A stretch of DNA of 64,000 bases from Eledone cirrhosa (lineage: Eukaryota), in contig OZ024743.1 of the NCBI GenBank assembly GCA_964016885.1, forward strand, positions 106,268,001-106,332,000, given 5' to 3'. Below, in pieces: positions 1 through 14,400 of the stretch (positions are counted from its first letter, which is position 1; each line of letters opens with the position of its first letter). The position numbers and the translations under genes were made by a program. Below the pieces are notes generated by a model. That model was not told where the DNA came from. It saw only the letters and a list, made by a program, of their open reading frames with translations, and did not search any database.

Positions 1-543
1 GGTATGATTTCATCAGATGAAATACAAAGTCTGTTTTATAAATTTTGACATAACCAAGATTTAACAATTATCTAATTAATTTAAATAGACAATTCTGTTG
101 ATTGGTTAATTATTTGTGTTTGTTTAATAACATCTAGTCGAAAGCTTATTCTGAAAGTTAGCGGAAATTATATTTCCTTTGTCTAACATTTTGAATGACC
201 CGCCAAAAACCGGGGATTATTTCCCTTGCTGGAACTAAATATACAACTAAATATACGATTCACTGCTGCTAGCGGCAACATTTAGCATGTCGCTCCGTTC
301 TTTCGTAGAATGAAAACATGTTGATGAATTGAATCCTCTGCTCGGTCATGATGACCACGAGCTTGGCAGTTACGTAATCTGATATTTGAAGTTGCATTCA
401 TAGAAACACTTTAAACGTATAACGTTTGATTTGTCCAGGTGTATTTTTTCTCAACCTGTTAGTTCTTTCGTTACTTTGGTATTGTGTGTTAGATTTTGCC
501 TACCACAATGTTCAATTTGTCAAGCTATTTAAACGTATGTTAT

Positions 544-761
<218 letters not shown>

Positions 762-1249
762 CGTCACAACTGAAGGAAATGTATGAATAAGCAATTATAT
801 TGCTGGAAAAAATACGGTTTTGTATTTGAGGTAAATTCATAGGTTATGTAGTATAAGAATCTATATTTCTTGATTTTCATTAACTAAAATATCACCATTG
901 TTCCTGATATATCATAACTGATTTTCTTTATTACAATCTACACAGATCATTCAATAGTTAATTCCTTGATTCAGCAAAAGAAATATGACTAGATCTTCTT
1001 ATGCTTGCATTTAATGAAAAAAAAAAAAAACAGTGAAAATAAAACATATACTTGAAGGATTCGATCGTGTCGTGGAACATAATCACCAATTATTATACTC
1101 TCTGTGATTTATTTATTAATTTCCGTTTCGTTGTAGCCCTTTATATGTTAGATGAGATCTAATTGAAATCATATATTCCTAAAACCGGAAGTATCACACA
1201 TATACACACATACATACATACAGACACACACCCACACAAACATACACAC

Positions 1250-1356
<107 letters not shown>

Positions 1357-1799
1357 TAAATAGATAGATAGATAGATAGAAGGAGAGATAGATAGATAAA
1401 TAGATACATAGATAGATAACGGGGTATATGTATAAATATATAAAATATACAAATTACATTTAAGATCAATACAGATCACTGACAAGCAGGCAGAAATCCT
1501 AATTTTCTACAGTTGTAATTTCGTCCAATTAATTGAAAGTATTTTAATGCTGGTAATTCAGTACACCCTATGCAATTAGGTATGTCACCATAGCAATATA
1601 TATCAAATGATGATAATCATTGCCAACTGCGGCACATAGCCAGATATTCCATATGGATTGTGCTTGGTTTAATTGACCTTAATATTTCATTGATAAACCA
1701 TTAATAGGAGGTAGCATACACGGCAATAAGTATGGTTAGGTATTAATCATAATCTCAAAGAATCTCCCATATACAGCTGCATTTAGCTATAATTACGAC

Positions 1800-3840
1800 A
1801 AAGCAAAGAAGGAGTCAATTCAGGAGGATTCACACGAAGATCTTGAAAGCGATGGTTAGGATGGAGATGCCAGATTAGTTTCCGCAGTGTGATCAGTTTC
1901 CATGAAATTTGTCATAATGTTGGCAATTTTGAAATTCCCAGATTTTAGTATAGGAGCATTAACCAGGTCTTCAGTTCGAGGTCACCATAGGTGAAGAACT
2001 CGAAGGGAACACTGCCGCCTCCGGGAGCATTTCTGGATTTCATGGTGTGAAAGGCTTCTTTCACTTCTCGAAAATTTTGGGGAGTGGCATGCAATGACGG
2101 ACGGGGAGTCTGTCTGGAATCTTCTAGAGTGGGGGCATTCTGGTTGATGAGGGTCTGAAAGTGGTTTTTCAAGCTGTCCAAGATGGACGCAGGATCAGTA
2201 AGGATAGTGGTACCGCCCGACTCCTTAGGTCCTGCCACCGATTATTTCACGGTGCCAAGGATTTCTTTGGTGAACACATAGAACTGACGCATGTCCCGTT
2301 TATCCGCATACTCTTGGATTTCTGCTACTTTTGCCTGTCACCAGATGTTCTGGACACATTTCGTTGCCTCCTAACAGATATTTTATCTTTTCAGCTGTGG
2401 GGTGTTTCTCGAAGATCAGGTGCGCCTTTCGTTTATGATTTATTAGCTGGTCAATTTATTCCTTATGCTCGTTGAACCAGTCTTTATTTTTCCTTTGAGA
2501 TCGGAAGAGGACATTTTCCAACGTGTAACAGCACCTGGATCCTGGGGGTTGCCATTTTGTTTCGTGTCGGAACATAGTGTTAGTCACAGAGAGATCATGT
2601 TCCGAAAGCCGAGAAGCAGACGTCCATTTACGTTACAGTTGAAAATATCATGGTGACAGAGAATGCTCTTCTATATACAGCTAACTCTGGTGTTGAAATC
2701 ACCAGGAAGCACGAGTTTATCCGATGCTGTTGTGGTTTCGATTACTTGTCAATAAGGTCCTAGTAGGACTCTTTAATGGAGGTGTCAGAGACAAGTCTAG
2801 ATGCACAGGAGATGAGAGCCAGGGATATACCGTGTTTGACTGTGATCCAGAGGGTCATAAACCGTTCCAAGCGTTTGTTCTTTACGTGAAAGCCGATTCC
2901 ATGTGTGTGTTCCTCCCTTCCCTCCTTACCTTTCCAAAAGATCGCATAGGTAGATCCGATTTCTTGGATGTTTCCTTCATCGGGATCCTGGTCTCACTCA
3001 CATCAACCTCATCGATGTTCAAACGGACCAGCTGGTTGTTCAGTGTCCCGTACTCACGTTCCATAGTTAAAAGGGTTAACATTAATTGGGATTTTGTCAG
3101 TGTTTTTTTCTTTACTTTAGACACCGTATAACTGGGTTATCTGCTGATCGCGGTTAGCCAGCCAAATGTATTCGTGATAACTGATGGTTATGCTACATTT
3201 TTAAGGGGCTTCCAGACTCAGGGTGTGTTGCGGGGATGCTGAATGTGCTATCCCAGTCACGAACCCTGCTGCTGAATGATCGCGTCATCACCTGTCATGA
3301 GGTAAACGACCACCACAAACCCACGAGCAACTTGTGGGCACGGACCATCTGCTTCCAGTAGACCAATCCTGCCTCCATCACTCGCTGGACCATCACCACT
3401 GGTCTTGCTGAAGTGTGGATGAAAGGGAAGTCAAAGAGAGAGATTGACGAGTTCCTTTGCTTGAATTTAATTTTGGTGGACAAGACTGCGCGGCACATGG
3501 TCTGAAGCGCCTCCCCCGCAGCTCGAAAAGGATTGAGACAGACGGGATTTGACAATCCAGGTTGCATCGGGCTGCCGAATTCTTCGTCTTTCTCCAGCAC
3601 GACTGCTGCTGCCCTCTTCTGCCGTTGAGATCGTGTAGATTTCCTTGCGCCCGAGTCGCCGTTGGGATCATCGAGGATGGTCACGTTCAGTCTGGTCCCA
3701 CCTTTCTTTGACGTTGCCGCCATGTGTGACTCTTTGAGGAGTTGGACACTTATGATGGCTTCTCGCTTGGGATCACTGAGACACGCAAGCTCTTTCTCAA
3801 AGCAAGTAACGACCATTGGCGTCAATACCGAAGAGAAGAT
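1800..3840 (-). mobile_element. Decayed RTE-clade LINE: 5' UTR, AP-endonuclease domain and linker
   Basis: Minus-strand peptides LVRLNIDEVDVSETRI, GDFNTRV, NVNGRLLLGF and EVKEAFHTMKSRNAPGGGSVPFE; RTE-type 5' UTR (GAGCTTGCGTGTCTCAGTGATCCC); stops and frameshifts. Confidence 0.8.
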
Positions 3841-4550
3841 AATTATAATGAGTTTGGCTATGTTACAAAAGAAAAAAATTAATCATAATCAGCAAAAGGT
3901 AATGAAATACATTTCCTTACAATAGAATCCTTTGGTTGTGTTTAGCTACTCTGAACACTATGTTCATAAACACTATGTACAACCAGGATTTTGAATATAT
4001 ATAAGAACACTACCTGTTAGTTTATTCGGGAATTATAGCCTGATTAATAATGTCAACTCCAGGAAGCCTAATATTTAAATCTCCTCACAGAAATACGCGA
4101 GTGAGGTAATTAAATGGGGTTTTTCATTGAAACACGAAGACTATATAAATAGGACTGTAATTACGAAAAGAAATAGGAAATAAAGTAACGCAACAACATA
4201 TCGCTGATGGATATTCAGTTTTTATAGAAGTCTTCAACTGAATACTTGCAATCTTATATATTTATTCAGTATTTATTCGAAATATTGCTTTGGGGTACAT
4301 GGATGCAATCGTCTTGGATCGATTCTGTTTACGAACTATAATTACGATGAAAAAATAAACTCAGATAATTCCTTGGGATATTGAGCTAGACATTAGAAAT
4401 CTATCAATGTGTAGAATGCGTCAAAGAAAGAAATATCTTCACTACAATGATCTATTATTCCTTGTTTTTGTAAGATTATGAAGTTATTTCAAAATCTCAT
4501 TTTACAAGATTAAGAATAATTTAAAGCAATGCGGACAGGCATTATTGCTT

Positions 4551-4712
4551 ATTGGCAGTATTGGTAGAGGGTCAGACGCCATGCTTTGACGTATAGAGTT
4601 ACAGCCCTTGCCATTCTAAGTTCAAATCCCGCCAAGGTTAACTTTGTCTTTCATCCTTACGGGGTCGATACAATTGGTTAATTGCTGGCCTTGTGCCTAA
4701 CGTAGAAACAAT
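4551..4712 (+). mobile_element. tRNA-derived SINE
   Basis: A-box-like TGGCAGTATTGGTAG, B-box GTTCAAATCC, core CTTTCATCCTTACGGGGTCGATA; multicopy in the window. Confidence 0.85.
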
Positions 4713-4728
4713 CATTGGTTAGTACAGC

Positions 4729-4912
4729 GCTGGATTGGCAGTAACGGTAGATAGTCGGACGCCATGCTTTCCAGCATAGTTACGTCTCTTTGCGGTCTGA
4801 TTTCAAATCCCGCCGAGGTTAACTTTGCCTTTCATCCTTACGGGGTCGATAAAATAAAGTACCAGTAATGTACTGAGTATTTGATGGCCTTGTACCAAAA
4901 GTAGAAACAATT
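4729..4912 (+). mobile_element. tRNA-derived SINE with 15-bp target-site duplication (TSD)
   Basis: Same family; TSD ATTGGTTAGTACAGC at 4714-4728 and 4913-4927. Confidence 0.9.
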
Positions 4913-5469
4913 ATTGGTTAGTACAGCATTTATTCTTCATTACTATATTATAAAATGAAACGTAGTTGAGTTTTCAAGTATGCAAATATATATTCAAGAA
5001 GATACATGCACATAAATATATATATACCATAACTAATATAATCTACCGACGTCATGAATATGTATATTTTAACGATAATATGACCGCATGAACAATCGAA
5101 CATCACAAGAAACACTATAAAATAATATAAAATGATAAGACCTATGTAAAATAATTTTATGTATGGATGGGTAACACCTGATAGTGTCGTTGGATATGAG
5201 ATATCATAGGCATATTAAACCAGGTGTGCTCATCGTTCATTAGGGTGATTAGGTGATTTCTTCCGAAAAGGAGAGAGAGGAAATGACAAAAGATATTTTG
5301 CAGAAGAACGAACACCAATATTTGAGATGTACCTTTTATCAATCACATTATGATAGAAGGCAAAGTTTATCACGGCGAGTTGAATGTAGTAAGCAGACCC
5401 CTGAAACAAGTGCATAAAAGCATTCTGTCTGAAGTTCTGACAATTCCTCAGACGCGCAGTCTATTGTAC

Positions 5470-6251
5470 AATTTACCTCGAACGAAAGGCTCTCAACGCC
5501 TGCTACCCCAACGCCGTAGCCTTTTTCTCAAGATACGTGGACGATATCCTCATCCTCACATCTTCCCAAGACACGGCGAACAGAATCTATGAGACGTTCA
5601 ACAACACGGACGAGAACATTGACTTCAGTGTTGAACACCCCAACGAAGACGGGTCACTTGCCCTCCTCGACTTCCGAATCAACATCACGGAACAAGGGGG
5701 GATCCACTGCAACTTCTACAGAAAGGCAGCCTGCAGGGACCTATTCGTTCACTACAAGTCCGCCCTCCCTAACAGTGCCAAAAGAGGATACATCACGAAC
5801 GAGATCGCGCGAATCAAAAACAGATGCAGCGATCCCGCCAGTGGTGTCACTCATACCAAGCGATTCCTCGAGGTGCTGGAGACGAACGGGTACCCTACCT
5901 CGATCACAGACAGAATAGGAGACACCAGACGAAAGAGACAGAGAAGCACCCAAGGCAAGTGCTTCCTTAAAATGCCACACCTGGGCGAGAAAACCACCAA
6001 CGCTATCCGCAAGGCTATACGGAGGGAGGGCCTCGACATCCACCTGGCCCACTCGGGCCCCTCCCTGCGAAGATGCCTCTCCAGAAAACCCGAAAAATCT
6101 ACTGACGCATGCTCCCTCAGAGACTGCCCGATACGCCATGCTAACTGTTGCCTACGCACATACGTCGTGTATAAGATAGAATGTGACAGGTGCAACCAAT
6201 ACTACATAGGTAGCACAATTCGACCTTTGCACATCCGGATCAAGGATCACA
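5470..6251 (+). mobile_element. PLE fragment: RT C-terminal half, thumb and GIY-YIG N-terminus, truncated at both ends
   Basis: FFSRYVDDILIL, LALLDFRI, YRK..HYKSALP, VVYKIECDRCNQYYIGST..RIKDH. Confidence 0.9.
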
Positions 6252-6252
6252 T

Positions 6253-7801
6253 GCCTTTAGCTTGGGCTGCCCGGTGGATTCCATGCGGAGAGTGTGCACC
6301 TTCTCTGGTGTCTGCACTTCATGGTTATTTCCGATTTCAGGTGAACCGCATCATCCTTCAGTCAGACTATCTCCATGGCCTGGGATAGGCGTAGCTGACA
6401 CTTTCTATTTGCAGCCGAATATGCATTCGCGTGCCGAACGATACTCCAGTTGCGGGCATACAGGGTCCCTTTATCTTTCAAGTCCCACACCAGGTCCGCC
6501 AGCCTAGTAGAGTGCCACATTTTCCGGTCCTTGAAAGCGTTTGTGTGGTTATACACCCGCGATTTATAGGTCGTGGATGTTGCCCCGTGGATGTTGGTCG
6601 TGGGAGGTGCGCGTTATATTGTGCGTGCTATGCACACATTTATATACCAGGCCCTTCGCTAGGCATCTTCCCTGCAGAGGGCAAAGTGTGCCCGCTCTGC
6701 AGTTGTATGTTCTGTCGTTATATTGTTCATTTCGGACGCCTTGCTCTTGATCTTCCACGCCCCTCTCCTGATTCTCTGGGTCTTGTTCTGCCGACACGGT
6801 AGTCTCCCCTTCGCCACTCATTTTCGCCCGGCGTTGGATTGTATCGTTTTCCGCGGGTGTGGCGGCCGCCGTTGGGCCGGGTTGTAGTTTGAAGACCGGT
6901 CTGCAAGGGCCCTCCGGGCTCCGATGGACGGTCATTCGGCCGCTGCGGTTGACGGTCGAGGTGCCCCATCTTCGTCGCGTTGGTTTTTGTTTTGGCCATG
7001 TAGTGTGCATATTCTGCTGGAAATAGAAAGTGTGGGCTATGCTAACCGAGGCCATGGAGATAGTCAGACTGAAGGATGATGCGGTCAACCTGAAATCAGA
7101 AATAATCATGACGTACAGACACCAGAGAAGGTGCACACTCTCCGCATGGAATCCAACGGGCAGCCCAAGCTAAAGGCAAGCGGTGGAGCGCACGCCGACC
7201 AGAGCCGCGAAACGGGCTCAAGCCGAAATAACCCAGGATGCCTACCCGACTCTGCACGTCACCCTAGGCTAAAATATCGTCTGGGCCGGGATTCCAATGA
7301 TACTCATTCAAGTGCCTTACACCAATAAGACACTATACCTCAACCACAGTGACATACTCCAGTATGGCCGGTCCAGGCAGCCCCCTGCATGTGTATCTTT
7401 TCAGTAGAGAGTCCATACTCTCCACGCATTCCTGTTTGTAACACCTAATGTATGTTCCCTATAAAGACCCACGTGTGTATCTCATACTTCTCTTGTGTAC
7501 TATCTCATATACATACAGGTTCCTTCTTTTTTTATATATATTCTGCATGCATTTTCTATGTACGGTCTGCGCCAACTATTTACTGTAATACCATGAATGC
7601 ACATTATGTGGTTTGCGTGAAGATTCCATACGTGGATTGATCCATGTTCGCAACGTAACAACATCTCAGGAGGCACATATAACAAGGTGCACCCTTTCAT
7701 GTATTGCCCACTGTGTATATTTATGTGCCGTTATATGTATATTTTTTCAATAAATTTTTGTATTTTTTATATATTTTTATTTTATATATATACTGTATAT
7801 G

Positions 7802-7896
<95 letters not shown>

Positions 7897-8962
7897 ATGT
7901 ATGTATTTTTTTATATATGCATATATTTATCACATGATGTATCATTTCGTGTATGACCCATTGTGTATCTTTGTATGACTTTGTGTGTATATTCTTTTTA
8001 TGTATATATATATATAAATATATTTATATATTTGTTTATGCGTGCGTGGGGGTGTATAGGAATATCGGCATATTTGTAAGAGTTTATATGAACCAGTGTG
8101 TGTGTGTGTGTGTACAAGCACCCGTGTAGGGAAAGGGCCTGTTTGTGTGTATATATGTTGTTTGCGAGCGAGTGTGTATCTGTGTGTGTATATATGTATA
8201 TGGGTACGTGTATATATATATGTGCGTGCGTGGGTAGAAAGAGCGGGGTCTATTTATGTCTGTGGTTGTTTGTGTGTACGGGTATATATACGCATATGCA
8301 TGTGTATGCACTTGTGTTTGTGTATGTTGATGTATATAGGCATGTGGGCATGTGTCTGTGTATGTACGTGCCTCTCTGGATGCATGTACGCGTATGTTTA
8401 TATGTTTATATGTTCTCCTTAAATGTGTGTGTATAGCGGGCATCCATGCGTACGACTGTCGTTATCTATGTGAATTTATGTGTGTGTATGTGTGTATGTG
8501 TGTGTTTGTGTGTGTGTGCTCGAGCGCGCGTGTATGTGTGAACTACCAAAGACAGCAGTAATTCATTGAAGTGTAGCAGACATGGGACAGCTAATGCCCT
8601 AATGGTCAACGGACTGGTACCTGTGGTCAGAATTATGATGACGTAGATAACTAGCAGCTAATCATAGGGCGCGCGAAGATGATGAAATTTTCGAGGATAC
8701 TGGCCCTGAGGGTCACATACCCCAGTGAGAGAATATGCTCCGAAATCCTTAGACGTGTCCGTCGAACCTGCGGGTCCAGAATCAAACAGGACCACACAAT
8801 GATCGCGTCTCGAGCTGTCCGCCGGTGGAACAATTGTAAAACATAATAAATTGAGTTCAGATGCAGCACTGATTTTACGTTATCTATTATATCATACTCT
8901 GTTTTGTAAGAGTATTGAGTGCTCATTCAGCATATCGCCTATGGAAGCATCTTAGCTACCAT
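6253..8962 (+). mobile_element. PLE with inverted 5' part (GIY-YIG on minus strand, 6253-7030) and 3' part plus long UTR on plus strand (7040-8960)
   Basis: Minus strand CRAGTLCPLQGRCLAKGLVY..YNHTNAF..LADLVWDLKD..CQL; 6253-6380 is the reverse complement of 7049-7178; 3' limit approximate. Confidence 0.75.
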
Positions 8963-9231
8963 CAGACACACACACACATATATATATATATATAAGAAAT
9001 AGATCTAGGAACATAATATGGTTCGCTCCTCCTTTCTCATTAAATATTAAAACCCCTATTTCTAAACTATTTTTTAAAGCTCTTGACAAATGCTTCCCTA
9101 GAACACATAGACATTACTCAATTTGTAATAGACATACTATAAAATTAACTTATTCTTCCACCAAAAATTTACCGCAAAATATTATTAGAATTAATAATAG
9201 AAATTTAAAACCTAACCAAATACCACTAATA

Positions 9232-9352
9232 ACTGTTTCTACTTTAGGCACAAGGCCAGCAATTACCCAGTGCATTACTGGTACTTTATTTTATCGACCC
9301 CGTAAGGATGAAAGGCAAAGTCAACCTCGGCGGGATTTGAACTCAGATCGTA
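9232..9352 (-). mobile_element. Truncated SINE inserted into the PLE coding region
   Basis: Reverse complement of the SINE B-box, core and tail interrupts the ORF before the CNC motif. Confidence 0.85.
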
Positions 9353-11289
9353 TAACCCAAGCAATATCCAATTTGATAAATGTAACTGTAGAAATAAATC
9401 TAACTGTCCGTTAAATAACAATTGCTTAGCTAAAAATATAGTATATAATTGTAATGTAAAAACTAATTTAAATTCATTTAATTATGTGGGATCCACTTCC
9501 ACAGATTTTAAATCCCGCTTCAATAACCATAACAATTATTTTACAGATCCAAACAAAAAATCTTCAACTTCTCTATCTAGCCTATTATGGGACCCCAAAC
9601 TAAAAAACGTTGAGTATTCGTTGATTTGGAATATTATTTCAAAAGCTACTCATTTTAACTCCACTTCAGAAAATTGTGATCTTTGTATAGAGGAAATATA
9701 CTTTATATTAAAGACCAAAAATTCCCTGAACTTAAGGAATAATTTATTCCGTTGCTGTAGACATAGATTAAACTCAACGTTTAAATATAAATATAAATTT
9801 AAAATGTAAAATGACTAATTAATTAATTTTATTGATATATTGTGCCTGTCGATAAATCATTAGATTCCTTCATCCGTTTTTGAATGATTATACACTCAAG
9901 TAAAAATAACTTTTCTTCCTAAATATAAATAAATATAATTAAACTATTCTAGAGAAATATACTGAGAGCTCTTGAAGGGAGAAAATATTTCTTATATTTT
10001 TTTATTTTTTATTATTTGATAGCTTCTCCTATTTTCGAAAGTTTATCCTTTCAAAGTTTCTGTTTGTTTTTCTTATGGATATAAAATTAAGTTAAATATA
10101 CGTGGAACATTTTCTCTACTAAATATATTAAACATACTATTATTTTGAAATTATAACTTGAATATTCTATAATATTTTAAAGTTATATTGATTTTAAAGT
10201 TATATTACTTATAACTATATTTCCAAATCGTAATATAGTTCTTTTGTATTTTATGTACTCAATTATACTATGTACTGTATTTATATGTACTTCTCTCTAT
10301 ATGTGTGTACATATGTATATGTGTGTATTGACATGCATGTACATATGTTTTATGCGTGTATGTCTATCTGTATGTGTATATATACGTGATGCGTATCTAC
10401 CTATTTGTGAGGGTACATATGTGTATGTATATGTGGGAATTGTGTATGTACATGTGCGTGTTTATCCATATAATTCGATCGCACTTATGTATAGTGATTA
10501 TCCCAAGATTCGTGACAAAAAGACATATAATAACTGCCATAAATACATAACAGGTAATCTTATAAAACTTATATAAATGTTGTTTAATAACATAAAGTGT
10601 GTATAACATAAAATTTCCTTTAATATCTTAACAATTTAACATTTTATAAGATTCCTATATCTTAAAATAAATTAAAGAATCCTTTATATTTTGTATGTAT
10701 GTGTTATATACGTAGTTAGATATGTATATGTATTTTTATAAGTGTGTATATATATTTATATGTACGTATTTTTTGCGTGTGTATACGTGTTATGTCATAT
10801 ATAGATCTTTAATAATATATGGATTTCTTAATATATAGATCCCAAATTTTAATATATTGATCTCAATATTTAACTGATTAACTAAACATATTATTATATT
10901 TAAACAATGGTTACATTTCTCATATTATATATGTATATTCCATTCATGATTATTAACATTTCTAATTTTTATTTATTCATTTCATCTCAATTGTTAAGTT
11001 AACTCAACAAGATATGACTTAGAGTTTTTCGTTCTCTCTCATTTTATCCGTCTCCTCTCACTCTCTCCAGATTTCTCTCTCTGTTTATTCTGCTCTCTTT
11101 CTCTCTCTCTTTCCTTCTCTATCTTTCTATTTCTCTGTAACCCAACGGCTTATTTTAAAAATATCCAAATTTAAAAATATCCAATACTAATAATTAATGC
11201 TATAACTCCACTATCCGGGAGCTTCCAACAGTAATGGTTGCATTATTTAAGGGTATGTCAATATTTATTCATAAAACTTATCTATATTA

Positions 11290-11354
11290 TATTTTATCTG
11301 ATGAAAGCACACCATAATTTAACTTGGTGTCCCTGAAATATGTATAATGAAATA
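11290..11354 (+). ncRNA. Type I hammerhead ribozyme at PLE 3' end
   Basis: Stem I TATTTTAT/ATGAAATA, CTGATGA (11298-11304), stem II ACACCA/TGGTGT, GAAA (11335-11338), 2-bp stem III, AUA triplet; overlaps AATAAA. Confidence 0.75.
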
Positions 11355-11419
11355 AATATGTTTTAATAAATATAGTTTCCATTTGTTAAAATCTTATATA
11401 TATATATATATATATATGC

Positions 11420-14400
11420 AGCTCTGTAACCCCCGATCCCACCCCCCTCTACCAACAACAAGTCTCCTCCACCATCAATGACCTTATCGCCTCCTCCCTC
11501 CCCCACCGCTTCCCACCTCATCGTCCGCACCCCCCGCACCCCGACCATCTACTTCCTCCCCAAACTCCACAAACCCGACAACCCCGGCCGCCCCATCGTC
11601 TCCGCTTGCAACTGCCCCACCGAACTCATCTCCGCCTTTTTTCGACTCCCTCCTCGCCCACCTTGTCACCACCCTCCCCTCCCACATCTCCGACACCAAC
11701 CACGCCCTGCGCCTTTTCGACTCCTTCACCTACCCACCCGGCCCACAGCCCTTCCTCTTCACCCTAGACGTCAAGTCCCTCTATACAGTCATCCCCCACG
11801 CCGACGGCCTTCGCGCCCTCAAACACTACCTCGACCTTCACCCCTCCCCCATTCCCTCCACCCCCACTCTCCTTCGCCTCGCCGAGCTGGTCCTCACCCT
11901 GAATTGTTTCTCCTTCTCGGGTGAGTTTTACCAACAGGTCACGGGGGTAGCCATGGGTACAAGAATGGGCCCGAACTATGCCAACCTTTATGTTGGCCAT
12001 GTTGAGGCCCAAATCTTTGCCCAGTACACCGGCCCCACGCCGGAACTGTACGGTCGTTACATTGACGACTGTATCGGAGCCACGACCCTCACCCGAGAAC
12101 AGCTCGACTCCTTTCTCTCCTTCTTCTGCTCCTTCAACCCCTCCCTCCACTTCATCACCTCTATCTCCACCACCCACGTCCACTTCTTAGACATCTCCGT
12201 CGCCTTCGACCCCTCCCACCACTCCCTCGTCACCTCCGCCTTCTTCAAACTCACCGACTCCCACTCTTACCTTGACTTCACCTCTTCCCACCCCACCCAC
12301 ACTAAACACTCCATTCCCTACTCCCAACTTCTCAGGATCCGCCGCCTCCGTAGCCGTGATGCTGACTTTGAGTCCCAGGCCCTTTCCCTAGTCAGCCATT
12401 TCATCCGCAGAGGTTACCCCCCTCTCTCGTCCACACCGCTCTAACCGGCGCCCGTGCTGTCCCCCGCTGCACCACCCTCACCCCACGCCACCGCATACCC
12501 ACCCACCGTCTCCCCTTCCCCATCACCTACCACCCCTGCACATTACCCCTCCACCGCACCATCCGCCGCCTCTTCCGACGCCTCCAGTCCGACCTCTCCA
12601 CCTCCCACATCTTCCCAACCCCACCACTCCCCTCCTTCAAACGCGCACGCAATCTCCGCACCCTCCTCGTCCACAGCTCCCTACCGCCCAACCCACGCTC
12701 TGTTCCCCCCCGTTCCTTTCCCTGTTCTAGGCCCCGCTGCAACACCTGTCCCCACATCACCAACACCACCACCTTACATTGTCCCAACGGCCACTCTCTC
12801 TCGGTCCGGCATGCCTTCCGCTGCACCTCCTCCAACCTAGTCTACGGACTTATGTCGGACAGACGGGACGTCGCCTGGCGGACCGAGTCACGGAGCACCT
12901 CCGGGTTATTCGTCTCGGGGGCAGTTCCCCCATCGCCCGCCACTTTGGTGGCCCTGGACATTCCGCACGCCATGTCACAGTCTGTGGCCTACTCCAGTGC
13001 CACGGAACCCCCGCCAATCGCCTTACGGTCGAACAACGAACTATCTTCATCTTACAGACCCACACTCCCCCCGGCCTCAACTCCCCAACCTTATTCCTTT
13101 AGCCTTCGACCGCCTCCCTCCCCCCACACTTATCCCCCACTAACACCACTAACACACCCCTCCTTTTCACCGCCCACCCCACAACTAACAATACTAACAC
13201 CTCCACTCCTCCCCTCATCTGACCACCCTTCCCCAACTAACATACTAACATCCCTTCCCTCCCCTCTTCTCCTCCTCCCCCTCCTTATCACACGCACACA
13301 CCCACCGGCACATATATACACGCGCTCACACTAAACACACACCCTACTACCACCACTAACCCTCACCCCCAGACCTCTCACCTCCACACCTCCATCCCAC
13401 CACCCCGCAACTAACCTCACTAACACCCCCTAACTCCAAGCACACGAACACACGCACCCACTTACCCCACCCACCCCACACGCAACTAACATCACTAACA
13501 CCCCCAACCCCACGCACACGTACCCACACACCCTCGTACACCACCAACTCTACACACCCTACCACCACTAACCCCCACTCACACCTGCATTCAACGCCTC
13601 CCCACCTCCCGTATACTAACACCCACTAACACCTCTTCATCAAACTACACACACACACCAGTACACCACACTCCCTCCATAGAACCACACACACCCTTCT
13701 CTCCCCGCTCCACCCACACCCTCGTCCCACACTCACTCATCCCACTAACACCCCTACTAATACACACACACACACACTCCTCACTCCAACTTTCACACCT
13801 ACACATCTTCGCCCCTTTACCATTCCACCGACTGCTGCTATGCCCTCTGACCACCGCCCAGCACAAACAGACCAGAGCACTCCCACTGCTGACCACTTCC
13901 TGTTGCGCGCGCACCCCACATCTCTCCTCTTCCGACCATCGCTTCATGGAATAACCACACGCAGAAATTGACCAGCCACCAATCCACTAAACATCTTCGG
14001 AATTTACCAACTTTTCAACCATCCTCTTACGTAATCACCTATATAACTCACCCCCACACACCCCCCAAAACATTTTTTTTTCTCCACACGCCACCTACAC
14101 CCACAACACGCTTAAACCCCCCACACACGTGCTTTCCACCACATATCTACACCCTCGGCCTCCTGATTCCTCTCCCCCCACCCCTCTATCCACACACGCA
14201 CAGACACTACGACCCCCCTCCCACACACACCTCTTCCTGACCATGCAACCCCGTTCTTCCCCCAACCCTTACTTTCACATACACACACACACACGCACAC
14301 CTACACACACACACCACCTTCAGCCCTCCCCGCTCGGACACCCTGTATCCCTCTCCCCACTCCACCCGCCACCCCCCTACACACCCCACAACCTTCCACC

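Larger units (their letters stand above)
8994..11395 (+). mobile_element. 5'-truncated AT-rich PLE (GIY-YIG, long 3' UTR, terminal HHR) in (TA)n
   Basis: RNIIWFAPP, CNCRNKSNCPLNNNCL, YVGSTSTDFKSRFNNH, CDLCIEE, CCRHR; bounded by TA repeats. Confidence 0.88.

Noticed and set aside
3295-3825. 176-aa ORF upstream of the RTE endonuclease
   Set aside because: It overlaps the RTE 5' UTR, has no ATG at the listed start and shows no recognisable domain.
6340-6400. In-frame TGA in a YRDD-type GIY-YIG as possible selenocysteine
   Set aside because: It aligns with an Arg codon (AGA) in the duplicate at about 7068; conserved Cys positions I inspected in related copies are TGY.
8625-8785. Possible hammerhead with a very long stem II at the end of the 6253-8962 PLE (ATGATGA ... 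CGTC-GAA-CC-TGCG-GG-TC-CAGAAT)
   Set aside because: Both core halves are imperfect and the stem I register is ambiguous; it needs a family consensus.
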